Positions 1-13,043 of a stretch of 64,000 bases of DNA are shown here, piece after piece. Source of the stretch: Trichosphaerium sp. ATCC 40318 (taxonomy: Eukaryota > Protista > Tubulinea). The notes under the pieces were generated by a model. The model ran no database searches. It worked only from the letters and a program-made list of their open reading frames with translations, and was not told the DNA's origin. The position numbers were made by a program, and so were the translations under genes. Positions within the stretch are counted from its first letter, which is position 1. The number at the start of each line of letters is the position of its first letter. The stretch covers positions 1 to 64,000 of the forward strand of contig JALMLS010000281.1 of the NCBI GenBank assembly GCA_038496445.1, in the 5' to 3' direction.

Positions 1-1
1 G

Positions 2-157
2 GTATTTATAAAAGAGTGGTCTGCAGATGGTACTTTAACTCATCATGCAAAATTTGCTTGTGGTAAAAAGGTTGAGGTTTATAAAGATTTACAAGTTCCT
101 TATGAGGACCCAAGACATACGATGACAAAATTATGGAATAAGAAAATATTCGGATAA
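2..157 (+). CDS. 3' end of a gene running in from the left; possible MORN-variant repeat
   Basis: Open frame VFIKEWSADGTLTHHAKFACGKKVEV...KKIFG*, stop TAA 155-157; the KEW..DG.L....F..GK pattern resembles MORN_2 repeats. Confidence 0.4.
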   Translation, partial: VFIKEWSADGTLTHHAKFACGKKVEVYKDLQVPYEDPRHTMTKLWNKKIFG

Positions 158-624
158 CAAACATTTTTACCAGACATAGAGTATATACTCTTCAGAGTTT
201 TGCTTTTAGGCAGTCCATTGGCGTGCTTTGTTCTCATACCTTAATAAATACCTTGCCTAATCGAGTTTTTGTTCTTTGAAGTATGCTAAGCGACATGCAG
301 GAATTTTATTTTGAGTTGCTCATGGATTGCTTGACTACGTCTACGCTATCTAAATAAACAGCTTTATTAACCTATATCTACGGTGTACTTACAGCTTTCA
401 ATATGCGTTACAAAGGCGACACTCTCGTAAAGTCAAGTATTAAAATAATTACATCAACAATGAGGCAAAAAGACAATCGAAAAAAACGTACTTCCATTGG
501 CTGATCGTTGTACTTTTTTCACATGGGTTACAGAAAGAATATCTAATGTGAAAGTGCAACAATACTTCAGGTAAAATACAATTTTTTTATTCTGTCAGAT
601 ATAAATCTGACATACACAAGTGAG

Positions 625-3600
625 TTACTTTCTAGGTGTTTTTGGACTCTTAACGCTTTTAGGACTCTTTAATTTAGAATCAGAGCGTGGGTTTAAGCTC
701 TTACTTCTAGACTTAAACAATGATTTCTTCTTCTCCTTTACAGGTAAGTCACCTGACGCAGGACCCATTGTAAAGTCACCTGAGGTATTACCTTATCTTT
801 AGAGTTCCACCTTTAATAGAAAGTTTAGAAGAAGGTAAAAAAATTGTTGGAAAAAAGAAAGAAAGAGCAGCAGTGGCTGACAACGTACCAGCGACCTTTG
901 ATATGGAATTGACCTGTAATGGTACCCCTGAGTGTTAATGGCCCAATCTTTTTCTTTATCCAAGCCTTTTCGATTTCAACCTTACGTTCACCCTGCACGA
1001 CAATCATTAATACATAATTCGTAGACCAAGTCAGAATAAAAAGAAAAGGTTGTAATTACGCTCTTGCTGTCCGAAGAAATATTCTATTTACGCATAACAT
1101 GCGTGGTAACATACCTTGAATATAGTACCATTGACCTTATATTTACCATGACCATCTTTAGATTGGCCTGTAAATAACATTTTCGACTTATCATGTGCAT
1201 GAAGAGAAAATGTAAGCTCAACAAGAGAACACAACCTTGGAGCTGCACTTGAGTTTCTTCCAGTCATATCAAACTTATACAACTGTGGCTCTTCAGGTAA
1301 CTGCAATGGCTACAATAAAATAAGAAAAAAAAAAAAAGACGAAAATAAACACGTGCAAGAGGAAAACAATCAAAAAAAAAACGCAAGGACTTTTCAACAA
1401 AAACAACTTACCATTGTCGCTTGAGACCATCTACCTTGACGACCTCTTGGAGATCCAGTCTCTTGAGTATTAGTAGTATTTCTACGTCCATCAAGAGATT
1501 CGCCATAAGAAGCATGACTACTAGTACTTGCGAAACTCTCCGAACGCACATGAGGATCACTATTAGTTTTGTGTATTTGTGAATGACCAGATGCTTCAGA
1601 AGCATCAATACTAATTCCAGCTCCACCAAATGTACTCCTTACACCTCCAAATTGAGGCTGATATCTTGGAGACTCAGACGAAGTTAGGTTACTAACATTA
1701 CGCCCAGGAATAGCAGAATAATTAGTTGTATCATCACTAACACTTGATCTTGAATCTTCTGTATTGGTGCCATCAGCATCAATACCAATAGCTACATTAG
1801 GAGAGCTCATTGTGTTAACGCTGGCGCTAGGGCTATCGCTTGCGCCAACGTTGACACCTCCGCCTATGCTGAAGTTGTTTGCTTGTAGTCGTGGCGAATG
1901 AGATCTCGAGTCATGTCCTGATGCCTTAGCAGATGACGATGAACTTGAAGATGAATCAGTTTCTTCAGGTTCAGGACGTTCTTTAGGATCACCAGAGAAA
2001 GTAGCATTAACACCCATTCTACCAACTTGCATACCCATACTCAAATTAACCTTTGAGTTCGCCTCAACCTCTTTTTGAGCAAAACGTGCTTCAGCAGCAT
2101 CACGCATACGTAACTCCGCAATTTCCTGACGTGTAGATATAGGACCACGTTCTTCTTCATCATCAGAAGCAGCGCTACTCTGAGAAGTCATAATGAAGCT
2201 CTCAGACGGTTTACCAGTATTACTAGCAAAGGTACCGCTAAGTCCTTTATTATGAGCAGACTTAAATCCAGCTCCTGAGTTCGCACCAACAGAAGCTTTT
2301 TTAAACCCAGTACCTCCTCCAATGCTAGCATTAAAGGTAGAAGAAGCACCAGACCCAACACTACCGAAAGTAGCTCCTCCCGTTGCGCCTTTTGAGTTGA
2401 CGCTGACGATACTTGAAGAACTTCCTGTATCTGGCGATGATCGGAATCTATTCCTTTGAAGTCCAAGAAGAGAAACACGACGTTGTCCTAGAGGACTGTT
2501 GCTTGCAACACGTTGAGACTCGAAGGTTGTCTTCAACTGTCTTTGTTTATCTTGGAACTCATTTTGAGCTGCTGATAAATCACTCTGTATTTTACGTAGT
2601 GTTGCTTGTTTTGAGAGGATTTCATGATTAAGTGAAGATAATTCACGTTTCTTTACGTCTATCTCTGATACTACTTTATCATAGATTGACTTTCTTGCGT
2701 TTAGGTGTTTATCGATTTCACCCAGTTTCTTTGTGAGCTCTGCGTTCAAGTCGTAGAGAGCTGCTTTTTTTGCAAGGAGTTGGTGGTCTAGGTCTTTTAA
2801 TAGGTCTGTTTTCTCTTTTATAGATGCATCTTGTGAAACAGAAGCAGGATTTTGAGGTTTGATTTGGTTCTGGATGTCAAACTGTGCTTGAAGTTGTGCT
2901 AATTCGTCTTTTTTAATCTTGATCTCTAAGTCTAGAGAACCAAGTTTAATCTCCTTTGTATTAATAGTGTTCATCATAGAAGAAGATAACTCTAAAGAAT
3001 TATGATAATAAGTACTGTGACGACGAGATATTTCCAAAAAAACAAAAAAAAAGATTTTACACACCCTCAAAAGAAACATCATCCTCAGTGTACGTAGGGC
3101 CAACAGGCGTAGGTGTATCAGCTGTAAGCTCTATAGTACTCCCTCTAGGGGAAGAAAGCATAAACGAAGCATCTAGGATACCTGAGCTCGATTTTTCAAC
3201 ACTATTCGCCGAATAATCGCCTCTAGCACTTGCAGGTTTTGCGCTAATATCGACCTTGGTATTGCTTTCTATCGTCAAATTGAATCTCTTCTTGCTACTG
3301 GTGTTACTGCTTGAACTACTAGAGCTACTACTGCTACTCGAGCTATCATCATCTCTAACAGCGCTTGAAGCGCGATCTCTTGAGTCTGCTTTGACGGAAA
3401 GTCCACCGCCGAGTCTATTGGCGCTTGACGCGCTTCCATACATTGAACTGCTACCAGATATACTACTCTTGCTGTTGATACCCACAGAAGTAGTTATACC
3501 CATTTTTGCGAGATCATCGTCTTGAAACGCATTGTACTGCAGTCCAAGTGTAGCACCGCTTAAACTCCTTCTCTTGTCAATAGGAAGGACAGAATCAGAG

Positions 3601-4366
3601 TCTGACGAATTACCAATATCGTCTAGGTTGCTTTCGTGTACTGTATCGGAGAATACGTCGCTTGCTTCATCAGAAGAGTACATATTTGATGCAAAAGTAG
3701 ACATCATTGGATTGTCGCCGAAGTTGGTTGCTCTGGCGTCTTGATGTCCGTATGTTCTAGGAGAACCTGGGAACCATGCTAAAAAGAAGTTTTAGCAACA
3801 ACCAAAAACGTAAAACGATAAATAATTTCTGATAAACGCAAATTTATGAGTAATTAAGCTCATAGAATGCGATTCGAGTTTGTATGTACGTTACGTACAC
3901 TGTTTTGTTCTTTCCCTTTCTTGTTCCATTGCAAAGTTTGCAGACGCATTGCTTGAGCTTGTAACAGGATCAGCAGTAAGCATTGAGTCGGTTTCGTCCA
4001 AAGTAATACCAAAACGGTGTTTATCTAAAAGTCGGTTATTTCTTTCTTCATCGGTTTGCTTGAATACGCACTGAGCATGATTTGGTAAAAACCGATAAGG
4101 TCGGTTGCTTCAACATCAATTTCTTCTAGTATTGGTACTATTTCTGTTGCAGACAAAGTAGAGCCTAATTGGCGAAGGAAATCGATGGCTGTTGAATACG
4201 GCACTTTTCCGGAGTGCGAACTGTCGGCGTATGTGCTCCATATCACTTGAAGGTTTCTGTACTCAGGATTATCGTGGCCAAGCCTACATTCGATTATCAG
4301 TACGGAAAGTAGCGCAAAATAGCTTATATAACCGTACTTTACAACAGAGCCACTTGGAGACGACAT
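625..4366 (-). CDS. Multi-exon protein: N-terminal EF-hand pair, Ser-rich region, long coiled coil, Gly/Ser low-complexity region, small C-terminal beta domain
   Basis: ORFs 4025-4366, 3057-3707, 1394-3010, 1088-1306 and 825-1007 join through GT-AG introns. Splicing restores an EF loop DVEATDLIDKHRF. Heptad coiled coil at about 2520-2960. The last exon needs one extra A near 793 (GRWWNSKDKGNTSGDF), probably a consensus error. Confidence 0.7.
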
Positions 4367-4533
4367 GTAATCTTTTTTATCGTCAGTTGCGCCAAACTGG
4401 AGGGAGACGAATGAATATCAAGACTTTTTTTAGTCAAACAAGCGCTATCTTGCCCAAAATTAGTTGAGGTTAGATTTGATGGTGCCAATGGCGTTACGAT
4501 GTTGATTGGATTAACGGCAGAGCAGCGTAGTGT

Positions 4534-7500
4534 ATGATTATTTTCACCTTGGTGTGGACGGCGATCCCGTATACTAAACCCGTTGTTAGGAGCTCAAAAC
4601 GCTGCCTACCGCGTACTTGAAGGCCCTAAAAGATCAATTGGAGCGGAAGAAGCAACTATCACAACAATGGTACAATTACAAACAATATCTCGCGTAATTC
4701 ATTACTAGGAGCGAACAGGACAAAAAATATGAAGATTACACGATTGCCCTTAAAAAGTACGTGATTTTTGTTTGGCGGTAGAACGATTTCGTAACATGCT
4801 GTACTACCCTAAAGAGTGCTGCTGACATATTTGCAAGATGGACAAAAGAGCAAGAAGATAGCTACGAAGCGTTGGAAAACATTGAGCTTGACCGCTTGGT
4901 GTCGGAACGAGAACGCGTGGAAGCGAATATCGCTAAGGAAAAACTTGAATTTGCGGTACATAAAAGTAACGGATTATATTGCTGTTGAGCACAGTCTAGT
5001 TGGTTTACCCTATTTGGTGTGGTGCTTACTATTATAATAGGCTGACATTCTAAAAACTGACAAAGAAATGGCCGTTGTAAATGGTGATTTAAATGCGTTA
5101 TCGAGCAAAATACATGATAAAACGATGGAAGTTAGGAAAATACGTATTGAAGTGTTGAGACTCACGGAAAAGCTCGCAAAGGTTAGACAAATCATTCAAG
5201 GTACCTCAGAGCAAGAGCCAACAACTCCATCGCGCAAGACGTGGGAAAAGGTGCGAAATAAATCCAAAACAAATTTTTTTCTCGCTTCGTTTTTGCTTGC
5301 AATTTTGAATGAGTGCTTAAGAACTTACGTCTGTATTTACAAAAGGTCACACCAACTATACATAAAGCAGCTATAAGAAACACACCAGAGACACCTACAC
5401 CAGCTTGTAAAATATACGTAACTGATGATGAGACACGATTACATTCTTTGCTCCATGTACTTTTTTTATTTTTTCATCAGCTTGTTCTAACCAAAGCGTC
5501 CCCTCTTAGCTTATTGTCAATGATGATTTTGGATTGCTTGCGAAGCTCACCGATAAATTGAGTATCACAGAGTATGATAAGCTAGCGACTTGTCTTGTTT
5601 CTATCTACATGCAACGAGATGATATTTTGTCTCTTATTCAGTGGCTCGTAGAAAATGAAGTGCGCCAAACAAAACACGCCGAGGAAGTACTGCGGTGCGT
5701 ATTTGTGCTTGCGTTTAGGACTTCTCTGTTTGTTTATTAAATTCTGGCGTAGAGGTAACTCAATGGCTTCCAAAGTCATCAAAACGTACTGTAGACTCAC
5801 TGGCATGGACTACATTAGATCCACAATACTTCCAACGCTTAACAAAGTGATTGCTTTAAACAAGCACTTGGACATATCCACCTATGAGATGGATGGACCT
5901 ACAATAGAGGAAATAAACGCAAATTGCGAGAGCATAAAAGAATTTTGTGTTGAATTTCTTGACGCCATCATTGACGCTCAGGCAACTGCTCCACCGTACG
6001 CAGAACAGAGGTAATATTAAGTTGACGTTTTAAAGGGCATTCTTAAAAATATGTTACTTTGTACGGAAAATGGTTGGAGACCGTTTTGGAGATCATGCAG
6101 GTTGTATTGGTACGTTAAAAGAAAACTTGTAGAGAGGCGTTTTTCGGTCCTGACTTTCGCGCGTAGCTGTTGGAGGATTTTTGTTTCTCAGATTATTTTG
6201 CCCTTCTATTATATCGCCACCTAAGGAATTTGGATTGGCAACTCTTCCTTTTGAAGCATCAAGGAATCTATTGAATATATCGAAGATTCTTCAAAATATA
6301 GCGAATCAGATCACTTCCTTTAAGGAAGAGCATATGGACCCTTTTCCTGAGTTTGTAGAGGATCATTTAGAGCGTGTTTACAATTACTTCAAGAATGTCG
6401 CTGTACGTATAGTCAAATTAGTTCTTTCCATTTTTTTGGCCGTTTCATCTCTTCTAAATTATCTCCCAAGAATCAAGGCGAATGTATAAGAATGGTTACT
6501 ACTCCGAAAGAAGTAACAGATATGATCCCATTAGAGAAGATTGCAAAGCTTATAAGTGATAATAAAAAGAAAATAGCACCTTCTTTCGTTGACTTACCAC
6601 AAACTACATTTGTACGTTTCTAGAACCCACAGTTACAACAACCATAACTTAACATGTTATTATAGAAATGGAAACAATCTAGTGGATTTAAATTGACACA
6701 AATCTTCAGATTTCTTGGGTTTCAAGGCTCTATTACTACTGACGATATGGATGCTAGAGCTCTTTCAAAGGTATTGTTGTTTTTATAGCTTCTTTTCCTT
6801 ACAATCTTGTTTTAATATAGATGATTACAGAAGACAATGCGTTCCTTGTTTTAGGCTTATTTAAAGTTATGAATGACGGGAAGGAAGAGTTAGCAGATGA
6901 ATGCTCAATCGCATTGTACTATTTGCTTTTCAAGCATAATAAGTTGAGTTACTTTTATGATGCAGTTGCTGCATCTGTTGATTCATCAACACAAGCTAAT
7001 GGTAAGATACAAGAGTGATGACCTTTATTCTAATTACTTCTATGAATAGAGGACGTGACTAAGTGTGTTGGAGGTATAGCTATATCTAAACTTGCTCAGT
7101 ATCTCTTTGCAGAGAACTTTGTACTTCGTGATGCTTGTAGACCTCTTCTTCCTATTATACAACGTGATGCTTCTAAAATGATGCAGAATCAAGTTGTTAT
7201 TGGTGCTTGTGAGGTTTATCGTAGTACAATTATAGAATCATTACAATTCTTCCCAACTATGTTGAAACAAACGTTTTATACGCTATCCAAGGTACACGTG
7301 TTTTTTTTTTTTATTGTGAAAAAAAAAAGACTCTTTTTGTTTAGTTGTTGGTTTCGCTTACCACTCTTTTAGTCATGTATTAAAGGTATTACAGTTGTTA
7401 GAACAATTGTTGTATCTATATTTTGCTCAGCAATAGAGAAACCAGATGAGTTTGGTGTTATTTCTGAGCAAGTATTACAACGATTAGATAAAGTACAGAA

Positions 7501-8298
7501 AAAAGCTTTGTTCGTTATTTCGGACTTATTAAAGGCTTGTGCTCGTGGCGAGCGTGATCGTGCTAATAAGCCAAGAGATGCTTTTATAAAGAGCAGTGTT
7601 GGTATGTTAGACAAGGCTATAAGCGCATGGTTAACGAAATATGTACGTTTGATTGAACAAGTTCTGTTTCTCTTTTTATTTTGTAATTCTCGTGTTTTAG
7701 GAAGAGCCTCGTATGTTCCCTCATGATGAAGTAATGTTAATTAATAAATGGGGTACAACTAAAAAGGCTTTGGGTATTGTACACAAGATGTGTTTTAAAC
7801 ACATGAATAGTCTTGCTAGCTATTTAGATAGAGTATCAACCTGGGAGGAGGTACGCCTTATGTACTTTTTTCTTTCTTCCTTTTTTTCTTTCTTTTTCTT
7901 TCATTGCACTGACTGGTTACTCATGATTTATTTTTGTTGTAGTATGTTGCATTCACTCCATTCGAATTTATAACAAAATATTTACCTTTGGGATCTGTAC
8001 AAGGTAGAATACCTTTAACATTACGTGCAAGAAAATTAAGCCAAAATCTTGCTCGTGAAGCTAATACTCGTAATTCTACTGGTGCTAGCCATAGGCGCGC
8101 AAAGAGTCACGAGTACAACGCTGAAGTACGTACAAAAATCCATAAAAATCCATAAAAACCAAAACGCCCGGAGCCTCTTTTTTGGATTTTCCTTTTTGCT
8201 CTTTTTTTTTTGAACTTTTTTTTATTTACAAGCTATTTTAGCGCCACATAGCAGTCAGCCGACAGGATGAGCTAACAAGTACGACAATATTTATTTAA
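4534..8298 (+). CDS. Ras GTPase-activating protein: coiled coil + RasGAP domain + degenerate second RasGAP domain
   Basis: Spliced EEVLR/GNSMASK (arginine finger), AVGGFLFLRLFCPSIISP, RNLLNISKILQNIANQ. Start codon and last exon are less certain. Confidence 0.85.
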
Positions 8299-9464
8299 AT
8301 AAGCCTTACTGAACCTTTAGAAATAAGAGCGCGTATAGACTCATAGCGAACGACGTAGATCTCACCTTTATTCAAACTGATCGTAGCATCTGGCCTATAT
8401 TTTTTTGAGATAACTTTCTAGAGAAAAAGTACACTTACTGATCGTGTTCTAAAGCTATTTCTCCCAAATCCTCTCTAGCTTGAACAATAACAAATTGATC
8501 AAGATCCGGTTTTTGGACTAAAAGAGAAAAAAGTGTCAGAATGAGGTGTTGTGATTAGAACGCAAAGAAAAAAAAAAAAAAAAGAAGAGAAAGTTTGTAT
8601 TTATTTTGTCAAAATGTACTTTTGTAAATAATATCATAAAGCAGTTTGTATTTATTAAAAGAAGTAATCAAGTTGCACTACTGATAATTACGTTTAACAA
8701 TTAGGGAGTTGGTTGAGTGTCATTCAAAATGACAAGCAAAAAAAAAAGGACTTTTGGTTTTTTTGGATGAAAAAACGTCACGTGCCCATGTCAACATCTG
8801 GACGGTTAGGTCTACTAGGATCTGCTATACCACGCATGTGCTCCGGTAGTTGACCAAGAAATGATGTTTTAAAGTGTGTTTGAATGAGACTCTTGTACCT
8901 AAACAGTTGGGTTTAGGAAGCCTTCGTCTTTTGAAAAAAAAAAGTGCAATAAAAAAAGAAACAAGGCTAGCGGTTCTCGTACGAGTTAACGAATTTTTTT
9001 TCGCTTGTAGATAATCGTTTTATGTATGTACCATCACTTGAGAAGTGAATAAAGTACTTTTCTAGCTATTTTTCGGTTAGCGGTTTATAATAGACAGGAA
9101 AATAGGTTTTTCGTTGTTTCGCGTATGAGGAATGTTGTTGAAGCGTTTGCTAACCTTTGCTAATCTAATACGCAGTATGCATTGTAAAATGTACTTCAAA
9201 CGGTCTAAATCCAGTTGTAATAGGCGCACTCGTAGTCTGTCAGTCTCATTTTCAATGTGTGACAACAGCGACTCTATATACTCTGCCTATGGTGTATACG
9301 TTAGTTTATTTGAATATTTAAGCGTTCTATTTAACCTGGCTCTCTGTGCGAGCCAAACCAGCTTCTATGCAAACTTTTGGGTAAGGTAGAATATCTGGGG
9401 CGTTTTTTTCGTTTATCCAAGCTACTTTCAAAGCTTCAATAAGGTTTCCGGCTGTTCGCGCCAT
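8295..9464 (-). CDS. GINS4: GINS complex subunit 4 (Sld5)
   Basis: AWINEKNAPDILPY, QLDLDRLKYILQCILRIRLAKLEKY, DMVQKPDLDQF and C-terminus KGEIYVVRYESIRALISKGSVRLI* match Sld5 motifs; one GC-AG intron at 8518-8785. Confidence 0.9.
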
Positions 9465-9945
9465 TTTTAAAGTTTTTTGCTCGAAAAACGTTGAATTTCT
9501 GACTTTGGGATTTTTTGACTTGTTTGTTGACTGATTGGGATTCGTATTCCTGGAGGGTACTGTATGAAATTGATAGTGTAATAACGTGCGCAATCGGCAA
9601 GTTATTGTCTTGTAGGAGCTAACAAATTGAATTACATTACTTACCAATTAGAAACGCTTCCAATCAATACTTACTAGAGTTTACGGATATTGAAACGCGC
9701 CTAACGTGTTTTATTGGCGTCATCTGTAGTTATCATTTTTACATCATTGCATTGCAACAAAAAACAAGATAACTAACAACATGAATTGGCATGTAAGTAA
9801 GGTCTATGTATCATCTACATCATTAGTTAGGATCATTAACTGAATATCAACAACCAAAAGTGGTATACACAAAATTGCTTTTTTTCCGGTTTCGAACATC
9901 AGTTTGAACTATTTCTCAAGAAAACATATTCTCAATAACCACACC

Positions 9946-11296
9946 ATGAGTGCCACCCCTAGTATTAATCACACAAACGTTCTAGCATTTAATTTGCTGA
10001 GTAATCTCATAAACGGAGAAAAAACGCCAAACGTGTTCATTTCGCCTTTCAGGTGCGTAGAAATAGTGAAAAAAGGTGGTACTGACTTGAATAATAGTAT
10101 TTTTGCTGCAATGGGTATGTTAGCTCGTGGATCGTCTCCAAATACGCTTAAAACAATACAAGAGGTAATTTTTACACCATTCTTCTGTAACTTGGCTAAT
10201 GGTATAAAACAGGTCCTACAGAGTACGTCAATAGGAGAAAACGGCAGTACTATGGTCAAGGACATGAAAAAGAGCATTCTTTCTGACTCAGATGACAAAA
10301 CAGAAATAAAAATAGCAAACTCAATTTGGGTAAAGAAAAGCGACATCAAACAAGACTTTGTTGATGATCTGGCATCTAATTTTGATGCTGAAGGTACTTT
10401 TAAAAATACTGAATCCCACGTGGTTTAACTAACAAAATCATAATCTAGTGCAACCGTTAACAACGCCAGAACCAATCAATTCATGGTGTAATAAGAATAC
10501 AAATGGAAAAATATCGCATGTCGTTGATGCTGTTGACCCTCTTGACATTGCAATTCTTGTCAACGCCATCTACTTTAAAGGTGCTTGGAAGAATCCATTT
10601 AATGCAAACGAAACAAGAGATGGTATTTTCCAAAACTACCAATTCAGCCAAGAGAAAGTGAAGCTTATGAAACTAAAGAAAAAATTACCTTACAAAAAGA
10701 CAAAAACTCATCACGTCCTTGCATTGCCTTATGGTAAAGGAAATGTCGAAGCTTTAATTATTCTACCTATCGGTATGTGCTATAAGTTTTCAACATCAAA
10801 AATACTAATTTAGTGTAATAGACAAGCCTCAGAAGGCGCAAAACAAACTGTCAATGACAAAGGAGGAATTTGAAGTAGCTACATCAAATCTTAAAGTCAC
10901 TGATGGCATATTGATGCTCCCAAAGTTTAAACTAGACTACAGTGCAGAACTAATACCTGTGATGAAGGGTATGGGTATTGAATTTCCAGAAGGATCGATG
11001 GCACGTATGTCAGATGACAACAGGTACAAGGCACTTTGAGAAAAATAAATGTGCTAATACATTCCCACAGCGCTTATGTTTCTCGTATACTCCATAAGTC
11101 CATTCTAGAAGTTGATGAGGAGGGTACAGTAGCAGCAGCAGTTACAGCAGTAAAAGCTAAGAAGAGAAGCAGAGTGGCAAAGGCAACTTTTGATATGACT
11201 TGTGATCATCCTTTCATCTTTGCAATCAGGCACAAGAAAACAAAAACCATTTTATTTATTGGTTCAATTAACTCTATTGCCCAAACAAAAAACTAA
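9946..11296 (+). CDS. Serpin (intracellular, inhibitory-type hinge)
   Basis: NVFISPFSI, INSWCNKNTNGKI, LVNAIYFKGAW, LPKFKL, EVDEEGTVAAAVT hinge and DHPFIFAI signature; five short GT-AG introns; no signal peptide. Confidence 0.95.
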
Positions 11297-11885
11297 ATAA
11301 ATAGACTTCTATTCATTGCTGCTATTACTTGTCTTCAAAATAAATCACGTGATATGTTGTTCAGCGAAATTAAAATATACTGTATGTTGCATTTTACGCG
11401 AAATTGTCGTCATCGTTACAGTCCAGACTTTTTTAGAATTGGATAGGAATGGCTTTATACACTCCTAAATGCTGGTCACATACGCCATGCGTCTCTGTAC
11501 ATTTATCACAATACTGACCCAATAGAGAGATTTGTAGAGAGATTTATAGTGAGCTGTTCCTTGTATAGACGCTTATATGCGCTAAACTTATTGTGATCTT
11601 TCCTTTTGTTGTTTGTAAATTTCTAAGGTAAAGGAAAATTAAACATTGAATTGTTGAGAATCACAGCGGGGATTGGTTTCATCCGGTCAGCATTTACACT
11701 TTGAAACGCTGTAAACGGATCAAGAAGAAGAATAGATCTAGTTGCGAGAAATGATACAACTTAAGTAAAAGAATGAAGTGTCAACACTATAAACTCAAGG
11801 CAAAACGAGAATTCTGCTTTTTTTATGCTGGTAGTTACATTAACGACATTTCTGATTTACCTCATCAGTAGACTGGTATGCTTTC

Positions 11886-13043
11886 TCAGATTGTCAAGAA
11901 GGAGATGAAATCTCCAACAGCCAAATCTTGTACTTCGACACCTTTCCGTTCCAAACTGTCAATAATTGTTCCACTTATATTAGAATAATCCAATTCTTGC
12001 AAACTGCCAAGTGCATCTAAGGCTTCACCTTTTATGTTTGAGCAACCAACAATGTGAAGTGTATTAACTCCAGTAAGCGATGCGATACCCAAATCTGTTA
12101 CACACTTACAATTTGACATTGATACAGTATGTGCACCAGCTAATGCCTTCAACCCTTCATCTGTAATGCAAGTACAAGATACTGTAATGTTATTAACGCC
12201 CTTCAAAGCCTTCAAGCCTTCATCTGTAACACCTGTTCTGTGTAGATTGATTGTATGAACACCAGCCAGAGCCTTGATACCCTTGTCTGTAATGTTATTA
12301 CAATCACCTAAATGTATAGTGTGTACACCCGCCAACGCCTTCAAACCACTGTCCGTAACTTTGGTTGATTGTAGACTAATTTCATATGCGCCAGCCAATT
12401 GCTTGACGCCCTTGTCTGTAATTCTCGCGCAATGTGATAAATGTACTACATGTACACCAGCCAATGCCTTTAAACAGTCATCTGTAATAGTTGTCCATGA
12501 TAAATCAATCTCATGCACACCAGCTAGTGCCTTGACACCTTTATCTGTTATTCCTCTACAGCATACCAACTTTATTGTATGTACTCCAGACAAAGCCTGT
12601 AAACCGTCATCTGTAACATTTGTATGTGATATATTAATCTCAGGTATACCCGCCAACGCTTTGAAACCCTCGTCAGTCAATCCTTTACATCTTTCCAAAT
12701 TAATAGTTTGCACATGAGATATCCGCTTGATACCCTCATCTGTAATCTGTCGAGCATTGGACACATTAATATTATGTGCACCTGAAAGTAAGTTCAAGTG
12801 ACTATCATTAACATAGGTATTGAATCGAGTGAATAACAGGTTTGTATTTTGAATTAAGGGACTTCTAGACAGCATCAATAGCTCTGTTTCACTCCTAACA
12901 AAGATGCGACCATATCCAACATGGTTGTGGACAATGCTTCGCATTAAGCGGCAAGTTTGGGCTGATCTAAGTGTATACTTGCCTTGTTTAAGAATATGTA
13001 CTATAATCTCAACAGGGAGTGTGATCAGTTGCGACATTTGCAT
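11886..13043 (-). CDS. Intronless F-box + leucine-rich repeat protein
   Basis: N-terminal LITLPVEIIVHIL...QTCRLMR F-box; about 12 repeats of VHTIxLxxxx(x)ITDxGxKALAG; single 385-aa ORF. Confidence 0.9.
   Translation of the reverse strand: MQMSQLITLPVEIIVHILKQGKYTLRSAQTCRLMRSIVHNHVGYGRIFVRSETELLMLSRSPLIQNTNLLFTRFNTYVNDSHLNLLSGAHNINVSNARQITDEGIKRISHVQTINLERCKGLTDEGFKALAGIPEINISHTNVTDDGLQALSGVHTIKLVCCRGITDKGVKALAGVHEIDLSWTTITDDCLKALAGVHVVHLSHCARITDKGVKQLAGAYEISLQSTKVTDSGLKALAGVHTIHLGDCNNITDKGIKALAGVHTINLHRTGVTDEGLKALKGVNNITVSCTCITDEGLKALAGAHTVSMSNCKCVTDLGIASLTGVNTLHIVGCSNIKGEALDALGSLQELDYSNISGTIIDSLERKGVEVQDLAVGDFISFLTI

Noticed and set aside
785-800. Apparent frameshift in the last exon of the EF-hand gene as programmed frameshifting or RNA editing
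   Set aside because: One missing A in a short run explains it, and similar indels between duplicate copies indicate consensus errors.
12274-12717. Antisense ORF over the LRR gene; likewise 9969-10349 and 3256-3744
   Set aside because: Antisense shadows with no independent coding signal.
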